Shown in pieces: positions 26,313 to 34,438 of a DNA stretch of 40,999 nucleotides (positions are counted from its first letter, which is position 1; the number at the start of each line of letters is the position of its first letter). The position numbers and the translations under genes are program-made. Below the pieces are notes generated by a model. It saw only the letters and a program-made list of their open reading frames with translations. It made no database searches and had not been told where the DNA came from. This DNA comes from a virus, in UHGV virus genome UHGV-1366019; one strand, given 5' to 3'.

Positions 26313-26382
26313 CGATAATTCAATTGATACACTTGTGTCAGCTGGTGTCACCTGCCCTACCACAGGTGGCGCACTAGGGTGC
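26313..26382 (-). other. conserved ~70-nt block after the major capsid protein stop (CCC-UAG context)
   Basis: About 90% identical to 23935..24003. The +1 frame is open for 21 codons and ends in TAA at 26310-26312. Confidence 0.5.
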
Positions 26383-27591
26383 TGGTGTTAATGTAATGAA
26401 TTTTCCAGCCGCTGGGTCTACTACTTTAGCGTCAAAACGCATGAAGATTGCTAAGTATTGACCGTAAATTTCATGGTCAATCCAACGAGCAGTAGTTTCA
26501 GCACGATTGAAGAATGTTGCAAATGCTACTGGGTCGCCTAAGAATGCCACTTTAGCACCTTTATCACCTAACATTTCATCTTTTAACACTGTTACTGGAA
26601 CACCAAACAATGATTTACCAGACTGTGCTGTAATGTCAGTTTGTAATAAGTAACGTCCTTCACCGTCTTTCATGATGTCAACTGCGTTGTAGAATGATTG
26701 AGTAACAATTAATTCCAATCCATAAGCTGGGTCGAAACCAGTGTTAATCTGTGTTTTGATGTCATCTAATGAAGTTGCTGGTACTGCTGTAGCTGTTTTT
26801 AACAAGTTAGCTAAAACAAAGTTAGTTGTGTTTAAGCCTTGACGTTGTACTGAATCAGCAATAATTCCAGCTAAGTCGTCCGCTGAATCATCTAATGATT
26901 CTTGTGATACAACAATTTGACCACGGTAAGTTGATACGTTGTAAGGAACTTCTTCAAATTCAGGTTTTGCCAATGCTGGGTTTTTTGCCAACTCTTCAAC
27001 TGTTACCATTTTTGCAGTAGTTGATTTCAAGATTGGGTATTTACCGCCAGATGTTTTAACTTTGATACTGTTCACTTTATTACGTAAGTCAACAACTGTG
27101 TCTGGTAATTTACGTGCTTTTGTGATAATATCTTCTGGGATAATTGCTTCTGCGTCTGTTGATTTAACTTGTCCGTCATCAACCGCACGTGTTTCGTTAA
27201 ATGATTTTACGCTAGTTGATTTTGAAGTCACGTAGTCTAAAAACGCACGCTGTTCTGTTACTGGCTCTGCTAACTCTTTACCATTGATTTTTACTTTCTC
27301 CATGTCAATATCTTCTCCTTTTGCGTTCTCAATTGAACGTTCTTCTTTTTTTGGTTCTTCCTTTGGTTCGTCTTTGACTTCGTCTTTTGGTTGGTCCTTT
27401 GGTTCTTCTTTAGGCTCTTCCTTTTTGACTTCGTCTTTAGGTGCTTCTGCTTTATCTTCTGCACGTTCTTCGTTTTCAGCTGGTGTTTCATCTTTCAAAG
27501 CTTCTAACTGTTCAATAACTTTTTTAGCTTCGTCAAGTTTACCTTCTGCCAACAAAGATTTTGCTTGCGCTTCTAACTCTGCCTTGTTCAT
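26374..27591 (-). CDS. major capsid protein (HK97 fold) with N-terminal charged delta/scaffold domain
   Basis: 405 aa. HK97-family MCP C-terminal region. N-terminal ~110 aa is coiled-coil and PEEPK-repeat rich. The preceding gene is the prohead protease. Confidence 0.85.
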   Translation of the reverse strand: MNKAELEAQAKSLLAEGKLDEAKKVIEQLEALKDETPAENEERAEDKAEAPKDEVKKEEPKEEPKDQPKDEVKDEPKEEPKKEERSIENAKGEDIDMEKVKINGKELAEPVTEQRAFLDYVTSKSTSVKSFNETRAVDDGQVKSTDAEAIIPEDIITKARKLPDTVVDLRNKVNSIKVKTSGGKYPILKSTTAKMVTVEELAKNPALAKPEFEEVPYNVSTYRGQIVVSQESLDDSADDLAGIIADSVQRQGLNTTNFVLANLLKTATAVPATSLDDIKTQINTGFDPAYGLELIVTQSFYNAVDIMKDGEGRYLLQTDITAQSGKSLFGVPVTVLKDEMLGDKGAKVAFLGDPVAFATFFNRAETTARWIDHEIYGQYLAIFMRFDAKVVDPAAGKFITLTPAP

Positions 27592-27667
27592 GCTGTAAAC
27601 TCCTTTACATATTATTTTCTTACTAAAGATAGTATATCATGAACAAGGTGAGTTGTGGGCGTTACTC

Positions 27668-28222
27668 TTACAAGGTTGCTAGTCGTAACTGTAATTCTAG
27701 TTTTCGTTTTTCCATTTCGTTTACTTCCATGTTTTCAAGTGAACGTTTAGCTACTGCGACATCTGTGTCGTCATATGCTGGAATTGAAACCAGTGATATT
27801 TCAGCTAACGTATTGATTTTTTTGATAGTTCTAACTGGCTTACCGTCTCTCCGCTCCCATTCATCTTCCGCAACCGTAAAGCCAAATGAACATTGACTAA
27901 GGTCACCACGTTTTACAAGTTCCATAACATCATTTCCAAGTGTTGTATTTGGTAACTCACAACGGAATTTCAACCCTACTTCATCAACTGATAATTGAAG
28001 TGTACCGCTCTTTGTTCTTCCAAGTAAATTTCCTGAATCATGATTTAAAAATAATTTTACATCTTCCATATTAACGCCGTCCAATGCTCGTGCGTCAATA
28101 GTTTCAATAAAACCACCTAGGTCTTTTGATGGTTTATTGAATTTTAATGCGTAACCTTCAACAACATTGTTGTCATTCACAAACTCATGCAGTTGTCTAA
28201 TTTCCAGTTGCGTCTGTTTCAT
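27668..28222 (-). CDS. prohead protease (HK97/U35-S78 family)
   Basis: Conserved peptidase_U35 pattern (YALKFN...FLNHD...LLGRT). The start was moved to ATG 28222, which has the RBS aaggaag; the track start 28273 overlaps the portal gene. Confidence 0.75.
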   Translation of the reverse strand: MKQTQLEIRQLHEFVNDNNVVEGYALKFNKPSKDLGGFIETIDARALDGVNMEDVKLFLNHDSGNLLGRTKSGTLQLSVDEVGLKFRCELPNTTLGNDVMELVKRGDLSQCSFGFTVAEDEWERRDGKPVRTIKKINTLAEISLVSIPAYDDTDVAVAKRSLENMEVNEMEKRKLELQLRLATL

Positions 28223-29375
28223 TCTCGTACACTTCCTTTTCTGTGTTCTCTGTTTTAACTGTTGTTTCCCCATCTTCTAACGGTTCATACCCATAATATG
28301 CACGAACTTCGTTTTCTTTGATAGTTGATAGTAACTCTTTACTTGCTTTTCCACTAAACAATTGTTTGCGTCTGTCATCTAATGTATCGTTCATTAGACT
28401 TGAAAAGTCCATTTCTAAAACATTACCTGTTTTAATTGCGATTTCGTCACAGATTGCAGATTCATATTGACTAATTGTTGAAGCAATATAGATGTCGTTT
28501 TGTCCGCTATCAGTTGAGTTTACTAATTCCATACCAAAACGGTTCAATGGAATACCTAAAACTTTTGCAATTTGTTGTGTACTGAATTTATTTGATTGAA
28601 TCAATTTCAAAATATCAGTATTCATTTTGTATTCTGTGAAGTCTGTTGCTTCGTCTAAAACGATAACACCGTTACTGTTTGTGCTTCCTCCGTTAGCTCT
28701 TTCAAAATCTTCACGAATTTTCTTTTTGGTTGCGTTGTCTACATAACCTTTTTTAAGTTTTAAGATTCCGCCACCGAAAACACCGTTAGCAAAGAACTTG
28801 GATAAAATCTTATTACCATTTGTTTGCATTCCGATTTCATCACGTAAAGACAATAAAGGACTGCGTCCGATGAAACCATCTACGACTGAAATTCTAAAGT
28901 GTAAAATGTCACGTGGTTCACACCGTAACATGTGGTTGCCATAATCTAACGTTACATCATATCGCCATTCACCTGTTGTCATATCTTGAATTAGGTTCAC
29001 TTGGTCTGCTGTTACAAACTCTAATGACTTAATTGGTGAATTATAATCATTCTCTTTTTCTCTGTGAATGATTGCGTATGAGTTCCCATAAAGAATAAGC
29101 TGTGCAACCGTTGCATACATGAATGTATAATGACTTTGTTTTTCATGCGGTCGCTTGTTAATTAGTTGTAGAAAATCTTTGTCTGCGTATTCGTCTGGAA
29201 CTTTTCTGAATAGTGATTTACCAATGTCACCACCAATGATATTAACACCTGTGAACACGTCTGAATTTTGTAATGCTCGTTCACCTGTCAAATATCCTAG
29301 GTTATCCATTCCACTTTCAATATAATCAATAAAATTCTTCTCTGCGCTAGTCTGTGGTGCAATAAATACGCCCAT
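28197..29375 (-). CDS. portal protein (HK97 family)
   Basis: 392 aa. Phage_portal pattern. Lies between TerL and the protease. Confidence 0.85.
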   Translation of the reverse strand: MGVFIAPQTSAEKNFIDYIESGMDNLGYLTGERALQNSDVFTGVNIIGGDIGKSLFRKVPDEYADKDFLQLINKRPHEKQSHYTFMYATVAQLILYGNSYAIIHREKENDYNSPIKSLEFVTADQVNLIQDMTTGEWRYDVTLDYGNHMLRCEPRDILHFRISVVDGFIGRSPLLSLRDEIGMQTNGNKILSKFFANGVFGGGILKLKKGYVDNATKKKIREDFERANGGSTNSNGVIVLDEATDFTEYKMNTDILKLIQSNKFSTQQIAKVLGIPLNRFGMELVNSTDSGQNDIYIASTISQYESAICDEIAIKTGNVLEMDFSSLMNDTLDDRRKQLFSGKASKELLSTIKENEVRAYYGYEPLEDGETTVKTENTEKEVYENETDATGN

Positions 29376-29379
29376 TTAA

Positions 29380-29544
29380 CTATTCACCTTCTTTCAATTC
29401 TAGGTATAATACTACTGCTGGTACTAATAGTGATAGCCCTAATGCTACTAAACCAGCTACAATACTAACAAAAAACATGCTTGTTACAAGGGCTGATACC
29501 CCTAAAACGTAAAATAATACTACTAAAATCACTGGATTATTCAT
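29380..29544 (-). CDS. small membrane protein (2 TM, ~54 aa)
   Basis: Internal ATG 29544 preceded by aggaggg. The upstream part of the track ORF lies in a terminator T-run. Confidence 0.45.
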   Translation of the reverse strand: MNNPVILVVLFYVLGVSALVTSMFFVSIVAGLVALGLSLLVPAVVLYLELKEGE

Positions 29545-29584
29545 ATTAAACCCTCCTATACACCTTATTTTAACACAAAACATA

Positions 29585-29612
29585 TAAAAAAAGAGTGGTG
29601 TTTAGCCACTCT
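29585..29612 (-). terminator. rho-independent terminator after terL
   Basis: - strand agagtgg-ctaaaca-ccactct followed by ttttttt. Confidence 0.6.
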
Positions 29613-31335
29613 ATACCCCAAAGCCAAATGTACCTTGCTCTAACATGTTTTCAAAACTTGAATATCCAAAGTCATAATACATTGCTTCACTCATTGCATT
29701 TATTAAAGCGTCCAATGAATCAATCTTATTACGATTCATTTTCTTTTCAATTGCTATGTTGTCCGCAAACTCTTTCATATACGCATTATATATCGCTGTA
29801 TTGAGTAGTGGGTTGTTTTGATGTATTATATCACCTTTGTATATTGCGTCCCTTAGATACTTTGTAGGAGCGTTTAAATACTGTATGCGTTGCGGTACTT
29901 CAATTAGATACCGTTCGCCGAAAACTTCCGCTAGTCGCAAGACTGATTGTGACGCTTGGTGTCCATCATAGAAAATACCTTGTAGGTCCAAATCATATGT
30001 TTCAACAAAATCAACTATCCAGTCGCACATGTCCGCATGGTCAATCAATCCTGATTCTAACTTACTAATTGAAACGATACCTTCATTTTCATATTGGCGA
30101 TATGGTATTTTGTCCTCTTGAATTTTCTTTTCAATACCTCCAATTGATGAAATGAAACCATGTGTATTTACGAGTAATTTCTCTTCTTCTGCAATTGGTA
30201 TAATCCAGCTAACCGCTGTTATATCTTTTGTTCGTGATAAGTCCATTCCAATAAATACAGGTCGTTTTCTAATATCATATTCTTTTGTTGCTTTGATTGC
30301 GTCCCAGCTTTCTTTATCCATGAAACTATCTTGTGAAGCTTGCACCCAGAAGTTCATTTCTTTAGTTAGCCAACCACTCATGTCTCCTTTTGCCTTGTAC
30401 TCTGCCAATGAGTTAACCTTATGTTCATACATGGTTTCATACAATTGTGTATTCTCAAACAGTGGGTTTGATTTTATCCAATTGGCTTTATCATCAACTT
30501 CGCTGATACTATCCATTTCCCAACATAAAGCAAGGTATGCGTCTGCTTCAACCTCTTCATTTAATAGCTTAGTTATAAATGGATATTCTATGCTGTGCAT
30601 TGGTCCATTAAGATTTTTAGTTGTTGTACTAATAATCAAAATTAAACCTTGCGGTTGTTGTGACTGTGAACTTTCTAATACCTCAATTAATGCTGTGCTT
30701 TTTGCTTCTCCGTATTCATCTAATACACCGCAAAGTACGTCTAGTCCGTCTAAACTATCTGCGTCACTTGCTAAAGGTTTAACAGTTGATTCATCTTCTA
30801 AATGTTCAATGTCATATTTGTTTACCTTAGTAATTTTACGCACACTATCACTTGAATTTCTCAATGCTTTCAGCTGTGATTTTAACATACGGAATACAAT
30901 TCCAGCTTGTTCTTTAGTATTTGCGCCAGCTACAATCTGTCTTGAAGCTTTTGGGTATTGTCCTAAGATGAACTCATACAATGAAATACCAGCAACTAGA
31001 ATTGACTTACCGTTTTTACGTGCTAAACTAATATATACTTTTCTGAATCTGCGCATTTTATTACTCTTTTTGCGCCAACCATAGATTAATGCTACAATAA
31101 ACTTCTGGAACTTAGCTAGTTTATTTGTCTTTTTACTCTTTGGGTCTGGTAACATTTCAATAAATGCGACTGGTTCATATGTTTCGCTTGGGTCGTAGTA
31201 ATATGGGTACTCTGGGTCTTTTGATTTTTCTAAGTCTTTCTCATGACGTCTAATTGCTTGCTTGATTTTATTACCTATTGGTATATTATTAATTCGTATA
31301 TAGTCTATATATTCTTGTACGTAGTCTTGATTCAT
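29611..31335 (-). CDS. terL: terminase large subunit
   Basis: 574 aa. Walker A LARKNGKS. Terminase_1-type ATPase plus C-terminal nuclease. Confidence 0.9.
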   Translation of the reverse strand: MNQDYVQEYIDYIRINNIPIGNKIKQAIRRHEKDLEKSKDPEYPYYYDPSETYEPVAFIEMLPDPKSKKTNKLAKFQKFIVALIYGWRKKSNKMRRFRKVYISLARKNGKSILVAGISLYEFILGQYPKASRQIVAGANTKEQAGIVFRMLKSQLKALRNSSDSVRKITKVNKYDIEHLEDESTVKPLASDADSLDGLDVLCGVLDEYGEAKSTALIEVLESSQSQQPQGLILIISTTTKNLNGPMHSIEYPFITKLLNEEVEADAYLALCWEMDSISEVDDKANWIKSNPLFENTQLYETMYEHKVNSLAEYKAKGDMSGWLTKEMNFWVQASQDSFMDKESWDAIKATKEYDIRKRPVFIGMDLSRTKDITAVSWIIPIAEEEKLLVNTHGFISSIGGIEKKIQEDKIPYRQYENEGIVSISKLESGLIDHADMCDWIVDFVETYDLDLQGIFYDGHQASQSVLRLAEVFGERYLIEVPQRIQYLNAPTKYLRDAIYKGDIIHQNNPLLNTAIYNAYMKEFADNIAIEKKMNRNKIDSLDALINAMSEAMYYDFGYSSFENMLEQGTFGFGV

Positions 31336-31355
31336 ACTTATACCTCCTCATATGT

Positions 31356-31391
31356 ATTATAACACAAAAAGACAAGGAATTAACCTTGTCT
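31356..31391 (-). terminator. terminator hairpin plus TGTGTTATAAT extended -10 module (after terS, before terL)
   Basis: - strand agacaagg-ttaatt-ccttgtct then tttttgtgttataat. Confidence 0.5.
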
Positions 31392-31850
31392 CATTTTAAG
31401 CAATTGACCTAGTGGGTCTTTGCTTTCGTCCTCTACTTCTTTTGGTGCTACCAGTTTCAATCTTGAATTGATAGTTAAACCTAAGTCATTAGTTGCACTT
31501 TTTAGTTCCTTGGAATAAGAGTTCATAGCCGTTACTTTAGGGTTTAGCTTTCCATCTTCTGTCAAAGGTCCTTCATATGCAACCTGTTCAGCCATTTCTG
31601 AATATAGGTAACTATAATTACAATACCTAACCATTGCTTGCTGGTCAAGTTCTGATATTGGTAGGTCACCAATAAAGTGTGAAATACGTTCCCACTCGTG
31701 GTATGCTTCTCTTAACAACCCAGCTGGATAATATGAAAAGTCTAACTTCTCAAAGTTCATTAACTTTTCTTCTTCCTTTTGGCGTTGGTGTTGTTGCTCT
31801 TGTGTAAGGTTGCCAACTTGGGCATTTAATAACTTCCTTGGTCTACCCAT
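31380..31850 (-). CDS. terS: terminase small subunit (P27 family)
   Basis: 156 aa. Conserved P27-family core; positioned before terL. Confidence 0.75.
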   Translation of the reverse strand: MGRPRKLLNAQVGNLTQEQQHQRQKEEEKLMNFEKLDFSYYPAGLLREAYHEWERISHFIGDLPISELDQQAMVRYCNYSYLYSEMAEQVAYEGPLTEDGKLNPKVTAMNSYSKELKSATNDLGLTINSRLKLVAPKEVEDESKDPLGQLLKMRQG

Positions 31851-31864
31851 TATTTTTCACCTCC

Positions 31865-32038
31865 TTATACAACCTCAATAATTTCATAATGGCGATTCTT
31901 GCCACCTAGTTTAGTTTTGATGTCTTTGAAGTAACCTGATTTTTTACCATAAAATTTGTCTGCTTCTGTTTGCGATTTAAAAGCTCTTGTTTGCTGGGTT
32001 CGCAAATCTTTTACCATGATAGGTTTTGGCGCTGGCAT
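31865..32038 (-). CDS. small hypothetical protein (57 aa) translationally coupled to terS
   Basis: Not in the ORF track. RBS aaggagg 7 nt before ATG 32038. Its stop is followed 1 nt later by the terS RBS. Basic protein. Confidence 0.45.
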   Translation of the reverse strand: MPAPKPIMVKDLRTQQTRAFKSQTEADKFYGKKSGYFKDIKTKLGGKNRHYEIIEVV

Positions 32039-32091
32039 TCGTCAACCTCCTTTGCGTTACATTTTAGTTTAAGAGAAAAGTCCCTAACAAT

Positions 32092-32134
32092 ATTATAGCA
32101 CAAAAGCTGTTGTTTGAGAAACCAGCTTTTGTGC
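32092..32134 (-). promoter_or_regulatory. extended -10 TGCTATAAT overlapped by a perfect 12-bp inverted repeat (gcacaaaagctg N13 cagcttttgtgc)
   Basis: Inverted repeat at 32098-32109/32123-32134. Lies upstream of the small ORF/terS/terL operon. Confidence 0.45.
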
Positions 32135-32299
32135 TGTTTATGAGGGAAGAAATTCGTATTAGTGAGATTATGAAACAATGCGTGAAACGTTTGATATTAT
32201 TGAAAAGAAACCAGTTTTGAATGGTTTTTTACGAGGGAAAAAGCCTGTTTTGAAACTTCGTTTTTAGAATTTTGTGTGAAGAAAAGGAATCTCCGATTG

Positions 32300-32375
32300 T
32301 AGCCACCAAAATACTGGCGGGGGGTGTTAAAATTTTCAGCTACCCTCCCCACCGTTTTGGCGCTATCCCCCTTGA
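32300..32375. other. candidate cos / terminase recognition region (G-rich tract and gttttga direct repeats)
   Basis: ggcggggggtg...ccctccccacc is G/C-rich in an AT-rich genome. Lies between the HNH and terS genes, the usual cos position. Confidence 0.3.
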
Positions 32376-32377
32376 AA

Positions 32378-32773
32378 TTATTTCTGGTTAGCCCTACCTA
32401 CATTTTTAAAGGAATGAGCGTGGTCCTCTTTGTTGTGACAGGATTGGCAAATTGATTCTAAATTATTAATATCTAAACGTTTTTCCCAACCAATTGGTGT
32501 ACGTATTTCCTCCACATGGTGGACGATAGTGGCAAGCGTCTTGGTGTGGTCATTGCGTTCACATACTTCACACATTGGATTGATACTTAACTTGTATTGT
32601 CTTAACCTTTTCCATTCACTTGACTGGTAGAACTCTGCATACCTTTTGTTCTGTGGATTTGTCCGCACATACTTATTGTATTGCGTGGCTGTGTTACCTT
32701 TGTGCTTAGCACAGTATACTTCTGGTTGCTTTACATATTCTCTACACAAAGCAACCTTGCACTTCTTATACAT
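32378..32773 (-). CDS. HNH endonuclease (terminase-associated)
   Basis: Cys pairs CAKH...CEVC plus HHVEEIRTPIGWEKRLDINNLESICQSCHN. Lies upstream of terS as in cos-type HNH-terminase modules. Confidence 0.8.
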   Translation of the reverse strand: MYKKCKVALCREYVKQPEVYCAKHKGNTATQYNKYVRTNPQNKRYAEFYQSSEWKRLRQYKLSINPMCEVCERNDHTKTLATIVHHVEEIRTPIGWEKRLDINNLESICQSCHNKEDHAHSFKNVGRANQK

Positions 32774-33021
32774 TAGAATGAGTACATGTCTTTCTTAGTT
32801 ACTGTATCACTAAAGGTATATGATGTCAAGTGTTGTGGTGTTGGTTCAGTGATAGATGGTTGTGTACTATCATATACATTCCCTTCACTATCTAATGGTT
32901 CTACTGCATTGTTAACGTATGTGGCTAGTGTACCCTCCAGTGTTCTGATGTATGCCACTAGGTCCACCTTGTTACTCTTTAGTAACTGCTTATCTGTCTT
33001 ATTATATAGTTCATGTTCCAT
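32773..33021 (-). CDS. hypothetical protein (82 aa)
   Basis: ATGA overlap with the neighbouring gene. Confidence 0.5.
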   Translation of the reverse strand: MEHELYNKTDKQLLKSNKVDLVAYIRTLEGTLATYVNNAVEPLDSEGNVYDSTQPSITEPTPQHLTSYTFSDTVTKKDMYSF

Positions 33022-33221
33022 TAGTTATCACCTCGTTTAGTTGCGTTGAATAGTACAGTGAACACAATATCAACAATAACAATCCATGCAATAACAGTGT
33101 GACCTGTTGCGAACAACACACCTACAATTACCCATAAGATGTAGATGTTCAGTGCTAACAAACCAAGTGCCAATATAATTGCTAATACAATTGCGATGAT
33201 GTTTCCTACTTCTTTATTCAT
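33021..33221 (-). CDS. small membrane protein (2 TM, 66 aa)
   Basis: RBS ggagga. First gene of the - strand block. Confidence 0.5.
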   Translation of the reverse strand: MNKEVGNIIAIVLAIILALGLLALNIYILWVIVGVLFATGHTVIAWIVIVDIVFTVLFNATKRGDN

Positions 33222-33257
33222 TATGATTCCTCCTATTTGTTTTTACTTTACTTCTAT

Positions 33258-33266
33258 ATTATAGCA
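33258..33266 (-). promoter_or_regulatory. extended -10 TGCTATAAT for the first - strand genes
   Basis: About 37 nt upstream of the ATG at 33221. Confidence 0.4.
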
Positions 33267-33325
33267 TACTTATTTGTGGTTTAGGGAATAGATTAACCAT
33301 TAATCGAAACCATTTAATGATTAAG

Positions 33326-33602
33326 TGTAACGCTTGTAACGCTTATGTAACGCTTTGAATTTCTAAGTGTTACACCCTTCAGCCTTACTCTCCCAAGGGA
33401 TTAACCAATAGTGTAACACTTGTAACGCTTATATTTGACTTTATAGAATAAAAAAATAATAATATATAAAATAAATATATATAGAGTAGAAAAAAATAAA
33501 GCGTTACGTGTTACAACCATAACAAAACTGGTTACTATCGTTGTTATATCAACGTTTACAGATGTAACACTTGTGTAACGCTTAAGTGTTACAAAGCGTT
33601 AC
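33326..33602. repeat. iteron cluster: about 11 copies of TGTAAC(G/A)CTT in both orientations around a >85% AT core (33431-33498)
   Basis: Direct triplet at 33326, 33335 and 33346. Palindromic pairs at 33575-33602. No CDS. Confidence 0.7.
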
Positions 33603-33637
33603 ATTAAACAAATTTCAATAAATTTAAACAAAAGTGT

Positions 33638-33667
33638 TGACAAAGTAACCAACATGGTTTAGTATAA
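33638..33667 (+). promoter_or_regulatory. promoter (TTGACA ... TAGTATAAT) for the 33714+ operon
   Basis: Consensus -35 hexamer with a 17-20 nt spacer to a TATAAT-like -10. Confidence 0.45.
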
Positions 33668-33713
33668 TAAATGTACCACACAACAAACAAAAACAATTTA
33701 GGAGGAAAACAAT

Positions 33714-33938
33714 ATGCACTATAGATGGACAGAAAAAGGAACTGACTTAAATAAGGACTATCATTTCATTATGTGGCATGAAGAAGAATTTGATGATGTA
33801 GTAGTACGTTGTACTTATGGAAATGGTCCAATTGGTAGTTACTCAACTCAAAAAATATTCTCAAAAGGTGAAGATGGTCTTATATATGACGAACTTGACA
33901 GAATGAAAGAAAGACTATATGAGTGGTCACATAAGTAA
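33714..33938 (+). CDS. hypothetical protein, paralog of 34660..34872
   Basis: Both proteins share WTEKGT...NKDYHF.M..EE...V.CTYG. Confidence 0.6.
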   Translation: MHYRWTEKGTDLNKDYHFIMWHEEEFDDVVVRCTYGNGPIGSYSTQKIFSKGEDGLIYDELDRMKERLYEWSHK

Positions 33939-34061
33939 GGAGTAAAACAATATTAAATGAGAAAGTTCTAATTAAAGTATTAGAACTTTCTCAATACATA
34001 ATAAAAGACAGATGGTATTATAAATACATAAGATAACAAAAACAATTTAGGAGGAAATAAA

Positions 34062-34265
34062 ATGCAAGACAATATTTTTTCATACATTGATGAAGGTGTA
34101 TTCAATGAACCAATCAAGAACCCATTTAGTAGTGAAGCAGAATACGAACAAGCAATTAAAGATGTAAAAGGAATTATCAAAGTAAATGAAGAAGTTGGCA
34201 ACGATACAACAGTGGAACAAGAGATGTTAACATACTTATACAACATTGGTTGTGAATACATTTAA
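34062..34265 (+). CDS. hypothetical protein (67 aa)
   Basis: RBS taggaggaaa. The same 22-nt leader precedes 33714. Confidence 0.55.
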   Translation: MQDNIFSYIDEGVFNEPIKNPFSSEAEYEQAIKDVKGIIKVNEEVGNDTTVEQEMLTYLYNIGCEYI

Positions 34266-34276
34266 GGAGGAAATAA

Positions 34277-34411
34277 TATGAACGAATTAGTACAATGGTT
34301 AAATGAGGAAGCGGAACGATTGGAAAAGGAACAGGCAACAAGTGATGACCCATATAAGACAGTTAACCACAGTTTTATCCAAGGCTTTTACTACGCATTA
34401 GCACACGTTGA
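34277..34411 (+). CDS. small hypothetical protein (44 aa)
   Basis: Not in the track. RBS aaggagga 6 nt before the ATG. Confidence 0.35.
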
Positions 34412-34438
34412 ACTATTCAATAATAAGGAGGAATCAAA

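Noticed and set aside
30152-31084. 310-aa + strand ORF antisense to terL. Similar long antisense ORFs occur inside the TMP and Dit genes (19989..20363, 21363..21860, 22383..22709, 15721..16014, 18933..19220).
   Set aside because: No RBS. Ser/Leu/Cys-rich composition is typical of the reverse frame of AT-rich coding DNA. Each lies wholly inside a well-supported gene.
32300-32375. G-rich patch considered as a tRNA or other structured RNA gene.
   Set aside because: No cloverleaf-compatible arms and no T-loop GTTCRANYC motif. The location favours cos.
33326-33602. Iteron cluster considered as a CRISPR array.
   Set aside because: The units are 9-10 bp, irregularly spaced, in both orientations, and no cas genes are present. 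This is not CRISPR architecture.
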